DNA of 64,000 nucleotides, taken from NCBI GenBank assembly GCA_937864465.1, contig CALMJU010000044.1:935-64934 (forward strand), given 5' to 3'. Position numbers and translations under genes: made by a program. This document shows, piece by piece, positions 55,301-64,000 of the stretch. Position 1 is the stretch's first letter. Each line of letters opens with the position of its first letter. This DNA comes from an uncultured Acidobacteriota bacterium. GTDB lineage: Bacteria > Acidobacteriota > Polarisedimenticolia > Polarisedimenticolales > JAIQFR01. The notes below the pieces were generated by a model. The model saw nothing but the letters and a program-made list of their open reading frames with translations, was not told the DNA's origin and made no database searches.

Positions 55301-56960
55301 CATCGCCGACAACACGCTGTCGGACGGCATGCGCTGCCAGTACAACGACCCGGACTACGAGAACTCGGCGTCGTACAACGAGAAGTTCTGCTACCTCGGG
55401 TTCGCCAAGGAGGACAACAACACCTACGACTGGCACGTGCACACGACGACGTCCCCCGACGGCGGCCGCGCCTACGTCGGCAGCCAGTCCCTGCACTGGG
55501 GCTATCACCGGAATCTCGCCGACGCGGACGAGGACTGCACCAAGTTCTCGCAGATGGACGCCATCCGGCTGAACAACCCCGTCTACCTCGGTTACGCCCC
55601 GGTGACCCCGGGCACGCCCGAGCTGTCGTTCAAGCACCAGGCGGCCTTCATGGACTACCGGACCGTGAACGCGCTGTTCATGCAGGCCCCCGATCGAGGC
55701 ATCGTGGCCCTGCAGCTCGCGGACAGCGCCGGGTCCGCGGTCGGCGATTGGAAGAAGCTCTACCCCTACGAGAACATGTACGACATCCAGCACTCGAACA
55801 ACTACATCAACTGCTGCTTCGACCCGATCGACGACGGGAACACCGAGGACGATTACTTCCTTCCGGAGGACCCCGACCGATGGCTCGGGCCGTCCTCGAT
55901 GTGCTTCCCGGAGTTCAACTTCGGCTCGATCGGAGACACCGACTACCGCAATGCCTACATCCCGGGGAGCGTCCAGCGGGCGTCCGACGATCTCATCGGC
56001 CTGAGGGGCTCGATCGACCGCGGCACGTGGATCCAATCGAAGTTCAACATCGAGCGGTTCCGCGGCCGTCCGGCCCGAATCCGGTTCGTCACGTCGACGA
56101 TCAAGGTGAGCGACACCGTCGACTGGATCTCGCTCGGGTTCGAGTATCCGAATCCGCTCGCCAACGGGTGGTACATCGACGACATCATCATCACGAACAC
56201 GATGAGCGCGCCCGCGACGGCTTCGGTCGACGGCACGGACAACAGCGGCCTGCCGGCCTGCCCGGCCAACTGCACGGTCGTGACGGCTCAGGTGAGCGCA
56301 ACGCCGTCGACGCTCGCCGCGCCCGGACAGGTCACCACGGTTGACGCCTCCACGTCGTACGCGGACGCCTGCATCGACGGCGTCCTCCAGTACCAGTTCT
56401 GGGTCGACGGAGACCTGGACGGAACGGCCGGAACCGTCGGAGACACGCTCCTGCGCGACTGGTCGGACAACGCGATCTTCGTGGACGCGCCGAGCGCGAC
56501 GACCCAGTACGCCGTCGCCGTGCGGTGCTCTCAGGCGCTCACTTGCGTCGGCAGCTCCGCGACGCTCGTGACCGTCAACTGCCCGGCCTCCGGCAATCTG
56601 TCGTGGGTCGGACCCCTGCTCGTCGGGAAGACCGGCGGACTGCTCATCGCAGAGCCCGACCAGAACCTGACGCTGTCCTGGGCGACGAGCCAGGCTACCG
56701 ACGTCATCCGCGGTAACCTCATCGGCGTCCGTTCCACCGCGACCTTCACCAACACGGTGCAGGCCTGCATCCTCAACGACAGCACCGCGACCTCCGTCGC
56801 GGACTCGACCGCCATCACGGCGGGCCAGGCGCTGTACTTCCTGGCCCGGATGCCCGCCGGCCTGTACTGCAACATCCTGAGCACGTACAGCAGCGGCGCG
56901 GCGAAGGAGAGGGCGGGTCGCGACACGCAGATCGCGGCCGACCCGAACCGCTGCCCGTAA
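49392..56960 (+). CDS. giant (2522 aa) secreted subtilisin-family (S8) serine peptidase with a C-terminal extension of about 1600 aa
   Basis: ATG 49392 sits right after AGGAGGAGGG. Signal peptide MRSRFVAGWKGLVLAAAMASLALLPVGTFAA. Catalytic triad motifs: VMVLDSG (Asp, 50337-50339), FTHGHVVSGTA (His, 50502-50504), GTSFAAPAAAGAGALI (Ser, 51231-51233). P-domain-like segment LRVALAWMDP.GD.LVNNLDLELVSPTG.VYYGN. The ORF-track start at 48258 is an upstream read-through antisense to larE. Confidence 0.85.
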   Translation: MRSRFVAGWKGLVLAAAMASLALLPVGTFAASGPTAVVGSDSGFSAAPAENQPLKQLPLYARSNYTWPFAAGPTYGTVDESLWSARGVLHFAVGSFDTSRGLPNFPAELRTGVKLDKLPAQYFVLQLDPQALAGGSYEALRDAVDSNGGAIVSNLAVVGFIARLTPAAYAAVQGVPGLIFVEPYHPALKLSPTIGRAPLTDPVKALSSVYSLVVKPFAGEDPNAVAQQIAAIGGTVTAVWADAIKVDLGREKLAQLAAIEAVEIVFEDVPNYPHGEETTTTVQTGQWNGGAIPYHDVGITGGGLDGASPQMVMVLDSGIQLDGGDLSNTKTDAGTPGALHRKVRDYKTTTGFGGSGDLFGCDAPVAGGFTHGHVVSGTALGNATATPTSYGGSWVAYLPVYSMSNWKLDGVAPRAKLVAYDANITSTTTSCEDPAVSGIYPGNLYTAGSLCGAPTSGSLSDAYCSYAARLFNFSWGQLTAGVYSADSSDVDEFMAAAGDAVVFISAGNSAQDLNGDGRPDPGSIGSPATAKNGVVVGASGNANDGGAPYQTLRAYFSSVGPATTTSNRVAPLLMAPGYDPGALGLPSEFVCRTSDNDQSNPVECDISIGSAGTSFAAPAAAGAGALIRDYFAQGFYPDGTASNPSNSLDQVPNLSAALVKAILIDSAEFLDYPGPGLIPSSRNPTQYRFNNEQGYGRIQLNKALPLQTYASPVGLIVADGGIVGGKNNTSLSGAAIAGADETYAFTISDTTQELRVALAWMDPVGDTLVNNLDLELVSPTGKVYYGNYFTDDNDRDRQCDVAEDCGDGIWTLAGYTDNSRWSLPTCAGSVRDTQNPTEAIFLSPDPMFNGDPAKNQIEAGTWTLHVKGTTVTGTQPYAVAIAGPVQLGSSAQLEVFRGGEQVVDIPSCNDTVRAVVDELNEATDPTPSAAEVSSRATIEVYDATNALVDWESGLSFTQVGTSLRFETSLLILTDGTARDPGNRALDIRHGDTIKVVYRDETSGVADPNKVRTNQKKVDCQASIAFGGTKFWMFGKDAAVYVSGGCERDARNQFYWDAPDQYMDEAELIDFRMAISTSDTLDLEDAEATLTAVYPDDDSPVTCLPNSTSCADPNRENNAPIPESILTVLDSPKTIGFIPSSVKSLPNSAAVAPALTVNFTIQMGADITGIIPAEMILGISARKSGRPVAGLAVYRTSLNADESAINFSTDFPTGGTQLYDWNNNESIENPTRFLGDVNFQYDYRFETVTWGDLTAGGTRNTSISAPWNFDSNNGGFRSGIVGKTNANIATAIALWGEDKNFNNLLDSGEDRDPSNGVLDQNWGLLGGCGWQTKGTNPTYGGVWHTGRISATTNAQCLVTGSTTGQCQATETYPGTTGQSYWWEVLETPKVKKVRVCTTGTEAGCDGRIDVESDPVYKVQFTNWAWNMLIDMPDTYMAITWELDTDADKLAPVSLETDESIFNILTGNYGAVSAGNDPLTNGFPVFADFAGTGAAASKNGTIGGNREGDNGCFFESSKDRTPNYGFALPKDDDLRNGWCYKVGDPTDKQNPCTIATAATDCPTPEFNGTCVLDPAASTDLYVYKNGPLRNMNLEHVNGWIDGRFYTLEDIYGDSGSTFQGAVGLIAYEGTTTAPASGFGVSIDDMVLEWKESTVIADPGACAAVPGNCATIATEAGSFFSGLAVLTITVTDSSTATTANDCDHDGLYTGLEDDWDCNDNGINDVVVWAFNENEPTGEYVVLDETTQAGVFQGTLPVSLAYNSPGTLFIQKSGTQDPYVNVQYMDLDDGTGTICKNNPDPTKWGYITTYADFPLQSGSVIITASRIANVYGDGDGFADTNETVDMYITVSNKTGADITNVVARMAANDPKIDCIIQPIVIVGTVPKGSSVESATAFRFKVAGDANRTAISDDYYAELAITISADQFDATVQPQTVIQDLDLNFSGGGTAQTFTESFESGTSFGSFTTMSLDLNIADNTLSDGMRCQYNDPDYENSASYNEKFCYLGFAKEDNNTYDWHVHTTTSPDGGRAYVGSQSLHWGYHRNLADADEDCTKFSQMDAIRLNNPVYLGYAPVTPGTPELSFKHQAAFMDYRTVNALFMQAPDRGIVALQLADSAGSAVGDWKKLYPYENMYDIQHSNNYINCCFDPIDDGNTEDDYFLPEDPDRWLGPSSMCFPEFNFGSIGDTDYRNAYIPGSVQRASDDLIGLRGSIDRGTWIQSKFNIERFRGRPARIRFVTSTIKVSDTVDWISLGFEYPNPLANGWYIDDIIITNTMSAPATASVDGTDNSGLPACPANCTVVTAQVSATPSTLAAPGQVTTVDASTSYADACIDGVLQYQFWVDGDLDGTAGTVGDTLLRDWSDNAIFVDAPSATTQYAVAVRCSQALTCVGSSATLVTVNCPASGNLSWVGPLLVGKTGGLLIAEPDQNLTLSWATSQATDVIRGNLIGVRSTATFTNTVQACILNDSTATSVADSTAITAGQALYFLARMPAGLYCNILSTYSSGAAKERAGRDTQIAADPNRCP

Positions 56961-56987
56961 GGCCGGTCGACAGCGCTCGAACCTCGA

Positions 56988-57018
56988 GGGGAGGGACTTC
57001 GGTCCCTCCCCTTTTTTT
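56988..57018 (+). terminator. rho-independent terminator of the giant protease gene
   Basis: GGGGAGGGAC-TTCG-GTCCCTCCCC forms a perfect 10-bp stem, followed by TTTTTTT, 28 nt after the stop codon. Confidence 0.85.
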
Positions 57019-57083
57019 CCCCCACGGTGGCCGCGACATCTCCGGGTTGCCCCGGGAGCGCGGAACCGGCCCGGGGCGTACGA

Positions 57084-58103
57084 TCAGAAGAGAGATCCGG
57101 ACGACGAGCCGCCGGGCCCCCGGAGGTGCTCCCGCGCCAGGCGCGTGACGCGGCGGCCCCGCGGCGTCCGGTCCAGAAAGCCGATCTGCAGCAGGTACGG
57201 CTCGTAGATCTCCTCGAGCGTGCCGGGATCCTCTCCGATCGCAGCCGCGAGGGTGCCGAGGCCGACCGGCCCTCCGTCGAATTTCTCGAGGACCACCGAG
57301 AGCAGGCGCCGGTCCACCTCGTCCAGGCCGAAGCGGTCCACGCGCAGCCGCTCCAGCGCCTCCGCCGCGGCCCGGGCGCTGATCGCGTCCTCCCCCGCCA
57401 CCTGCACGAAATCCCTCACTCTGCGGAGCAGCCGGTTGGCGACCCTAGGCGTGCCCCGCGAGCGCCTCGCGATCTCGACCGCGCCGCCCGGCTCGAGGCG
57501 CGCGCCAAGGATGCCCGCGGAGCGCCGGGCGATCGTCGTCAGATCGTCCAGCCCGTAGTAGTCGAGGTGGTGGACGATGCCGAACCGATCCCGCAGGGGC
57601 CCGGAGAGCAGCCCGCTCCTCGTGGTGGCGCCCACGAGGGTGAACCGCGGCAGGTCGAGCCGAACCGTCCGGGCGGCGGGCCCTGAGCCGATCACGAGGT
57701 CGAGCGCGAAGTCTTCCATCGCCGGGTAGAGGACCTCCTCCAGGACTCGCCCCAGCCGGTGGATCTCGTCGATGAACAGGACGTCCCCGTCGTGGAGGTT
57801 CGTCAGGATCGCCGCCAGGTCGCCGGCGCGCTCGATCGAGGGCCCCGACGTGACGCGGATCTCGACCCCCATCTCGTTCGCGATGACGTGCGCCAGAGTC
57901 GTCTTCCCGAGCCCGGGCGGGCCGTAGACGAGGACGTGGTCCAAGGGCTCCCTGCGCTGCCGAGCGGCCTGCAGGAAGACCGCGAGGTTCTCCTTGACGG
58001 GCGCCTGTCCGACGTACTCCGCGAGGGTCCTGGGGCGCAGGGACGAGTCGAGGCCCGCGTCCTCCCCGTCGGGCTCCGCGCGGACCAGGCGGTCGTCGGC
58101 CAC
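57084..58103 (-). CDS. ruvB: Holliday junction branch migration helicase RuvB
   Basis: [12 protein letters not shown]; Walker [12 protein letters not shown]; Walker [10 protein letters not shown]; [15 protein letters not shown]. Confidence 0.95.
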   Translation of the reverse strand: MADDRLVRAEPDGEDAGLDSSLRPRTLAEYVGQAPVKENLAVFLQAARQRREPLDHVLVYGPPGLGKTTLAHVIANEMGVEIRVTSGPSIERAGDLAAILTNLHDGDVLFIDEIHRLGRVLEEVLYPAMEDFALDLVIGSGPAARTVRLDLPRFTLVGATTRSGLLSGPLRDRFGIVHHLDYYGLDDLTTIARRSAGILGARLEPGGAVEIARRSRGTPRVANRLLRRVRDFVQVAGEDAISARAAAEALERLRVDRFGLDEVDRRLLSVVLEKFDGGPVGLGTLAAAIGEDPGTLEEIYEPYLLQIGFLDRTPRGRRVTRLAREHLRGPGGSSSGSLF

Positions 58104-58115
58104 CGAACCGCCCCC

Positions 58116-58742
58116 CTACCGGACCAGCCCGCGAAGCGCGTCGCGAAGAACGCCCCCGAGCGTCGTATCCGGCCCCATGCGGCGAAGGGCCTCGTCCACG
58201 GCTCGAGAGGCCGCGTCTCCCGGGTAACCGAGGTTCCGGAGGGCCGACACGGCGTCGCCCCGGACCCCGGATTCCTCGGGCTCCGCGCTCGGCGGGAGTC
58301 CCGCCGCGCCCCGCCGGCGCCCGCGAGCTCCTCCCTCGCCCTCGATGCGGTCCCGCAGCTCGAGGATGACCCGCTCCGCCGTCTTCCGGCCGATGCCCGG
58401 AATCCTCTCCAGCTTCGCCCGGTCGGACGCCAGGACGGCCCGCTCCAGATCCGCCACGCCGATCCCCGAGAGAACCGCGAGCGCGGTCCGCGGCCCCACT
58501 CCGGAGACCGCGATCAGCTTCTCGAAAGCGGCCAGCTCCCCGGCGGTCGAGAACCCGAAGAGCTGGAGCGCGTCCTCGCGCACGTGCGTGTGCACGAAGA
58601 GCGTCGCGGCACCGTTCCCTCCCTGCTGGAGGGCGTAGAACGTGCTCAGGGGGATCTGCAGGCGGTAGCCGACCCCGCCGACGTCGAGGAGCACCGAGCC
58701 TGGCGTGCACTCGGCGACGAGTCCCGTGAGCCTTCCGATCAT
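58116..58742 (-). CDS. ruvA: Holliday junction DNA-binding protein RuvA
   Basis: MIGRLTGLV....GSVLLDVGGVGYRLQIP; HhH motifs (LIAVSGVGPRTALAVLS, RIPGIGRKTAERVILEL). Confidence 0.9.
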   Translation of the reverse strand: MIGRLTGLVAECTPGSVLLDVGGVGYRLQIPLSTFYALQQGGNGAATLFVHTHVREDALQLFGFSTAGELAAFEKLIAVSGVGPRTALAVLSGIGVADLERAVLASDRAKLERIPGIGRKTAERVILELRDRIEGEGGARGRRRGAAGLPPSAEPEESGVRGDAVSALRNLGYPGDAASRAVDEALRRMGPDTTLGGVLRDALRGLVR

Positions 58743-58776
58743 CCGCGTGCGCGCTCCGGTCGGGCCCTGCGCCGCA

Positions 58777-59337
58777 TCATAGCACGCGTCGGGACGGCTT
58801 CCGGGCGAGCGCGTCCGCGACGCGGTCCCGAACCCCGCGCCCCGTCAGATGGCAGAGAGCGACCGCGAGGGCGTCCGCCTCGTCGGTGCTCTCTGGCGCC
58901 CTGGGCAGGTCCAGCAGCCGCCCGACCATCGCCTGCACCTGGGCCTTCTCCGCGGAGCCATGGCCCGTGACCGCCTTCTTGACGCTCGCGGGGGCGTATT
59001 CCGCGACCGGAACGCCCGCTCCCCCCAGCGCCGCGAGCACGACGCCGCGCGCGTGGGCGAGCTGCAGGGCGGCCCTCGAGTTCGGTCCGTGGAACGGAGC
59101 CTCGACCGCGGCCTCGGCGGGCCGGAGGCGGAGGAGGAGATCCTCGAACGCGCACCGCAGGCGGTGCAGCCGCTCGGGGAACGGGAGGCGCGCCGCCACG
59201 CGGATCACCCCGGACTCGACGATCACCGGACGAGCTCCGCTCCCCCCGACGAGCCCCCAGCCGGTCGCGAACGAGCCCGGGTCTACCCCCAGGATCCGGC
59301 CCCCTTCCGGCGCCGCCGGTCGTTCCCGCGTTCGCAT
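58777..59337 (-). CDS. ruvC: crossover junction endodeoxyribonuclease RuvC
   Basis: ILGVDPGS..TGWGLV, EAPFHG.N...AL.L.HARGV, KKAVTG.G.A.K.QV, D.ADALAVALCH. Confidence 0.9.
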   Translation of the reverse strand: MRTRERPAAPEGGRILGVDPGSFATGWGLVGGSGARPVIVESGVIRVAARLPFPERLHRLRCAFEDLLLRLRPAEAAVEAPFHGPNSRAALQLAHARGVVLAALGGAGVPVAEYAPASVKKAVTGHGSAEKAQVQAMVGRLLDLPRAPESTDEADALAVALCHLTGRGVRDRVADALARKPSRRVL

Positions 59338-59374
59338 CGCTCGGGGCTCCGCCGTTCGGGGCGCGGGACGCTCC

Positions 59375-60124
59375 TCAGGAAGCCTCCGCCTCGAGATCGG
59401 CCTCGTCGAACTCCAGGTTGGCGTAAACGTGCTGGACGTCCTCGTGATCCTCGAGCGCCTCGAGGAGCTTCATGCACTGCTGGGCCCGCTTCCCGTCCAC
59501 GTGGACGACGTTCTGCGGGGCCATCACCACCGCCGCCTCGGCGGTCGGCACGCCCTCCCGCTCGAGGGACTCCCGCACGGTGCTGAAGGAAGCGGGCGAG
59601 CTCGTGATCTCGTAGTGCTCCTCCGTCGCCTGCAGATCCTCCGCCCCCGCCTCGAGGACGATCTCCATGAGCCTGCTCTCGTCCGCCGCCCCGATCGGGA
59701 CCGTGATCTGCCCCTTCTTCTCGAACATCCACGCCACGCTGTTCGGCTGCCCGAGATCGCCTCCGTGCTTCGTGAACAGGTGCCGGATCTCCGGGGTCGT
59801 GCGCATCTTGTTGTCGGTCAGCACCTCCACCAGGACCGCGACACCCCCGGGGCCGTACCCCTCGTAGGAGACCTCCTCATAGCTGACGCCGGGGAGCTCG
59901 CCGGTGCCCTTCTGGATCGCCCGCTTGATGTTGTCGGCCGGCATGTTCGCGGCCTTCGCGTCGGCGATCGCCGTGCGGAGCCTGGGGTTCCCGGCCGGAT
60001 CGCCCCCGCCGAACCGTGCGGCGACCGTCAGCTCCTTGATGAGCCGCGTGAAGATCTTGCCGCGCTTGGCGTCCGCGGCAGCCTTCTTGTGCTTGATCGT
60101 GCTCCACTTGGAATGTCCGGACAT
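59375..60124 (-). CDS. yebC: YebC/PmpR-family DNA-binding transcriptional regulator
   Basis: MSGHSKWSTIKHKKAAADAKRGKIFTRLIKELTVAAR.GGGDP..NPRLR.AI..AKA.NMP is the canonical YebC N-terminus. Confidence 0.9.
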   Translation of the reverse strand: MSGHSKWSTIKHKKAAADAKRGKIFTRLIKELTVAARFGGGDPAGNPRLRTAIADAKAANMPADNIKRAIQKGTGELPGVSYEEVSYEGYGPGGVAVLVEVLTDNKMRTTPEIRHLFTKHGGDLGQPNSVAWMFEKKGQITVPIGAADESRLMEIVLEAGAEDLQATEEHYEITSSPASFSTVRESLEREGVPTAEAAVVMAPQNVVHVDGKRAQQCMKLLEALEDHEDVQHVYANLEFDEADLEAEAS

Positions 60125-60251
60125 GCCTCACCTCGCCCTGCGATGGGCGCATCTTACCACACGGGCATCCAGCCGCCCGCAGACACGCGGCCCCCCCGGC
60201 CCGCGGCGACCGGGCGTCCTCTTCGGCCTCTTCGAGAATCGGCGGGCCGCC

Positions 60252-61460
60252 TCAGAACGTGTAGCGGAACCCGATCTGGAGCGTCGCTCCTCCGTACTTG
60301 AGGCTCCCGCCCTTCACGTAGTACAGGCCGGGGTCCGCGACGCCGTCCGGCGAGACCGGCACGAACCCGTCCACGTCGGCGTACTGCGCGTTGTAGTCGT
60401 CCATCTCGCCGTTCAGGAGGAACACGCACGCCGACGTCGGCACGGGAACGGGATTCGTCGCCGGAAGCGTGCCGCACAGCCCCGGCATCGCCTCGACGAT
60501 CTGCCCCGAATCGTAGAACGACACCGGGTTCACGAGGACGCCTCCGTCCACGAGCCCGCCCTGCGGGATGTACCACGGGCCGTACTGGGCGGTCACCACC
60601 GGGTCCCCCACCGTCGCTTGCCGGGCCGGGACCGAGATCCCGAGGCTGGACGAGTCGTTGAAGCCGATGAAGAACTTGCGGTTCGCGCTCTCGTAGCGGA
60701 GGTCGGCGTACACGGACCACTTCCGCTTCACCGAGTACTCGAACCCTCCGATCACGTGCCACTCGAGGTAGCTCGGCGCTTCGACCCTCGCCCCGGACAT
60801 GCCCTCGTACGCGGTGGGGATGATCGGGGCCACGTTGAGGTAGTCCTGCAGCAGCGTCTGGGTGCCGCTGAGGCTGCTCATGATCGAGGAAATCTGGTCG
60901 AGATCGGCGCTCGGCTCGAACCCGACGACGGTGTAGCCGCCGCCGATGCCGAGGTACGGGTTGAACGCCGCTTTCGGGCGGAAGCGGATGATCCCGGACA
61001 CCTGCATCGGGACCGACTGCATCTCCCCCGCCATCAAGCTGTAGGCCACGTACTTGAACCGCTCGGCGGGATCGATCTGCACCTGGTCGAACTGGGCCTG
61101 CATCTCGACGTGCCCGACGTCCCCCCGCTGGTACCCGAGAGACGCTTCCACGAGGAAGAAGCGGTTCACGGCGTATTGCCCGGTCACGCTCAGCCGATTG
61201 GCCACGCGCATCTGCAGCTGGCCCAGCGCGGCGTTGTCGTTCCTCGGATCCCAGTACTCGGTGACCCACTCATCGTTCTCGTCGACGACGGTGAGGACGT
61301 TCGCGGCATCGCTCTGCAGGGTGTCCCGGCTGTTGTGCTGGCCGAGGGAGACGCCGATCCGGAACCTCTTCTCGACTTCCTCGGCCGCCGCCGGCAGCGA
61401 CCCCAGGACCGCGACGACCAACGAGACCGCCAGCATCGGCCGGAAGCAAGGTCTCCTCAC
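60252..61460 (-). CDS. outer-membrane beta-barrel protein
   Basis: Signal peptide (MLAVSLVVAVLGSLPAAA). Alternating amphipathic beta-strand pattern. C-terminal LQIGFRYTF ends in Phe, a typical OMP terminus. Start is GTG 61460 or ATG 61436. Confidence 0.7.
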   Translation of the reverse strand: MRRPCFRPMLAVSLVVAVLGSLPAAAEEVEKRFRIGVSLGQHNSRDTLQSDAANVLTVVDENDEWVTEYWDPRNDNAALGQLQMRVANRLSVTGQYAVNRFFLVEASLGYQRGDVGHVEMQAQFDQVQIDPAERFKYVAYSLMAGEMQSVPMQVSGIIRFRPKAAFNPYLGIGGGYTVVGFEPSADLDQISSIMSSLSGTQTLLQDYLNVAPIIPTAYEGMSGARVEAPSYLEWHVIGGFEYSVKRKWSVYADLRYESANRKFFIGFNDSSSLGISVPARQATVGDPVVTAQYGPWYIPQGGLVDGGVLVNPVSFYDSGQIVEAMPGLCGTLPATNPVPVPTSACVFLLNGEMDDYNAQYADVDGFVPVSPDGVADPGLYYVKGGSLKYGGATLQIGFRYTF

Positions 61461-61535
61461 GTCGAACCTCTCCGCCTACCGGACGAACCCCCGCGCCAGG
61501 AGCGGCGCGGCACCGGGTCTCCGATCAAGTAGGGT

Positions 61536-61565
61536 TTTATACGACGGCGCCGCCCCGAGGGTCAA
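61536..61565 (-). promoter_or_regulatory. candidate sigma-70 promoter for the OMP gene (TTGACC-N18-TATAAA)
   Basis: On the minus strand the -35 TTGACC is at 61565-61560 and the -10 TATAAA at 61541-61536. Each is a 5/6 match, about 75 nt upstream of the start codon. Confidence 0.4.
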
Positions 61566-61620
61566 GGTCTCGGCCCTCGGGATGCTGCGAATCTTCCGCG
61601 CCGGAGCCGCCGGAACCCCG

Positions 61621-61652
61621 AAAACGAAGGGGCCCGCCTCGCGGCGGGCCCC
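61621..61652 (-). terminator. rho-independent terminator at the end of the rRNA operon
   Basis: The minus-strand RNA GGGGCCCGCC-GCGA-GGCGGGCCCC forms a 10-bp perfect stem, followed by UUCGUUUU, about 12 nt after the 5S 3' end. Confidence 0.6.
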
Positions 61653-61663
61653 TCCAAGAGCGA

Positions 61664-61781
<118 letters not shown>

Positions 61782-61839
61782 AAACCGAATCGTCAGATCC
61801 GCGCGACGAACGCGGGATGAAAGAATGAGGACAAAGTCT

Positions 61840-64000
<2,161 letters not shown>

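Overview
By eye this is a very GC-rich (about 70%) chromosomal segment from a Gram-negative-type bacterium. The gene content (DUF1573, sulfatase-TPR, archaemetzincin, sigma-54 regulator, c7-type cytochrome) is reminiscent of Acidobacteriota or Myxococcota-like lineages, but the lineage is not determinable from this window. Coding density is high, at about 48 protein genes, and many starts are 4-nt overlaps (ATGA, GTGA or TTGA).

Gene order, left to right:
- a GT39-like glycosyltransferase fragment and a 1114-aa orphan secreted protein
- an Rrf2-regulated sufBCDSU Fe-S assembly operon
- a redox/sensor cluster: two GcvH-like proteins, a four-cluster ferredoxin, an NrfD-like membrane protein fused to a triheme c7 cytochrome, a histidine kinase with heme-c motifs, and a sigma-54 response regulator
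- archaemetzincin and small secreted proteins
- a DUF1573 gene interrupted by an in-frame TGA at a conserved Cys
- a divalent-cation block: CorA, then an Nramp-family protein with non-canonical metal-site motifs, translationally coupled to a soluble PRC/MgtE_N/CBS protein
- an aldehyde dehydrogenase
- two tandem sulfatase-like/TPR paralogues
- a helical-repeat/RodZ-like/TPR/PP2C gene string
- argS and a degenerate GGDEF protein
- an S55 peptidase with a beta-propeller protein
- a peptide-type ABC importer with no ATPase genes, and lepB
- larE
- a monocistronic 2522-aa secreted S8 subtilase
- ruvBAC-yebC and an outer-membrane beta-barrel protein
- the 3' end of an rRNA operon (5S plus partial 23S, minus strand)

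I saw no CRISPR arrays, transposases, integrases or tRNAs.

Most interesting findings:
- the Cys-aligned in-frame TGA with a SECIS-like hairpin in the DUF1573 gene, a candidate selenoprotein
- the NrfD-c7 fusion redox module with its heme-motif sensor kinase
- the Nramp-related putative Mg2+ transporter paired with a split MgtE cytosolic sensor
- the giant subtilase

All domain calls come from reading motifs by eye; no database search was possible.
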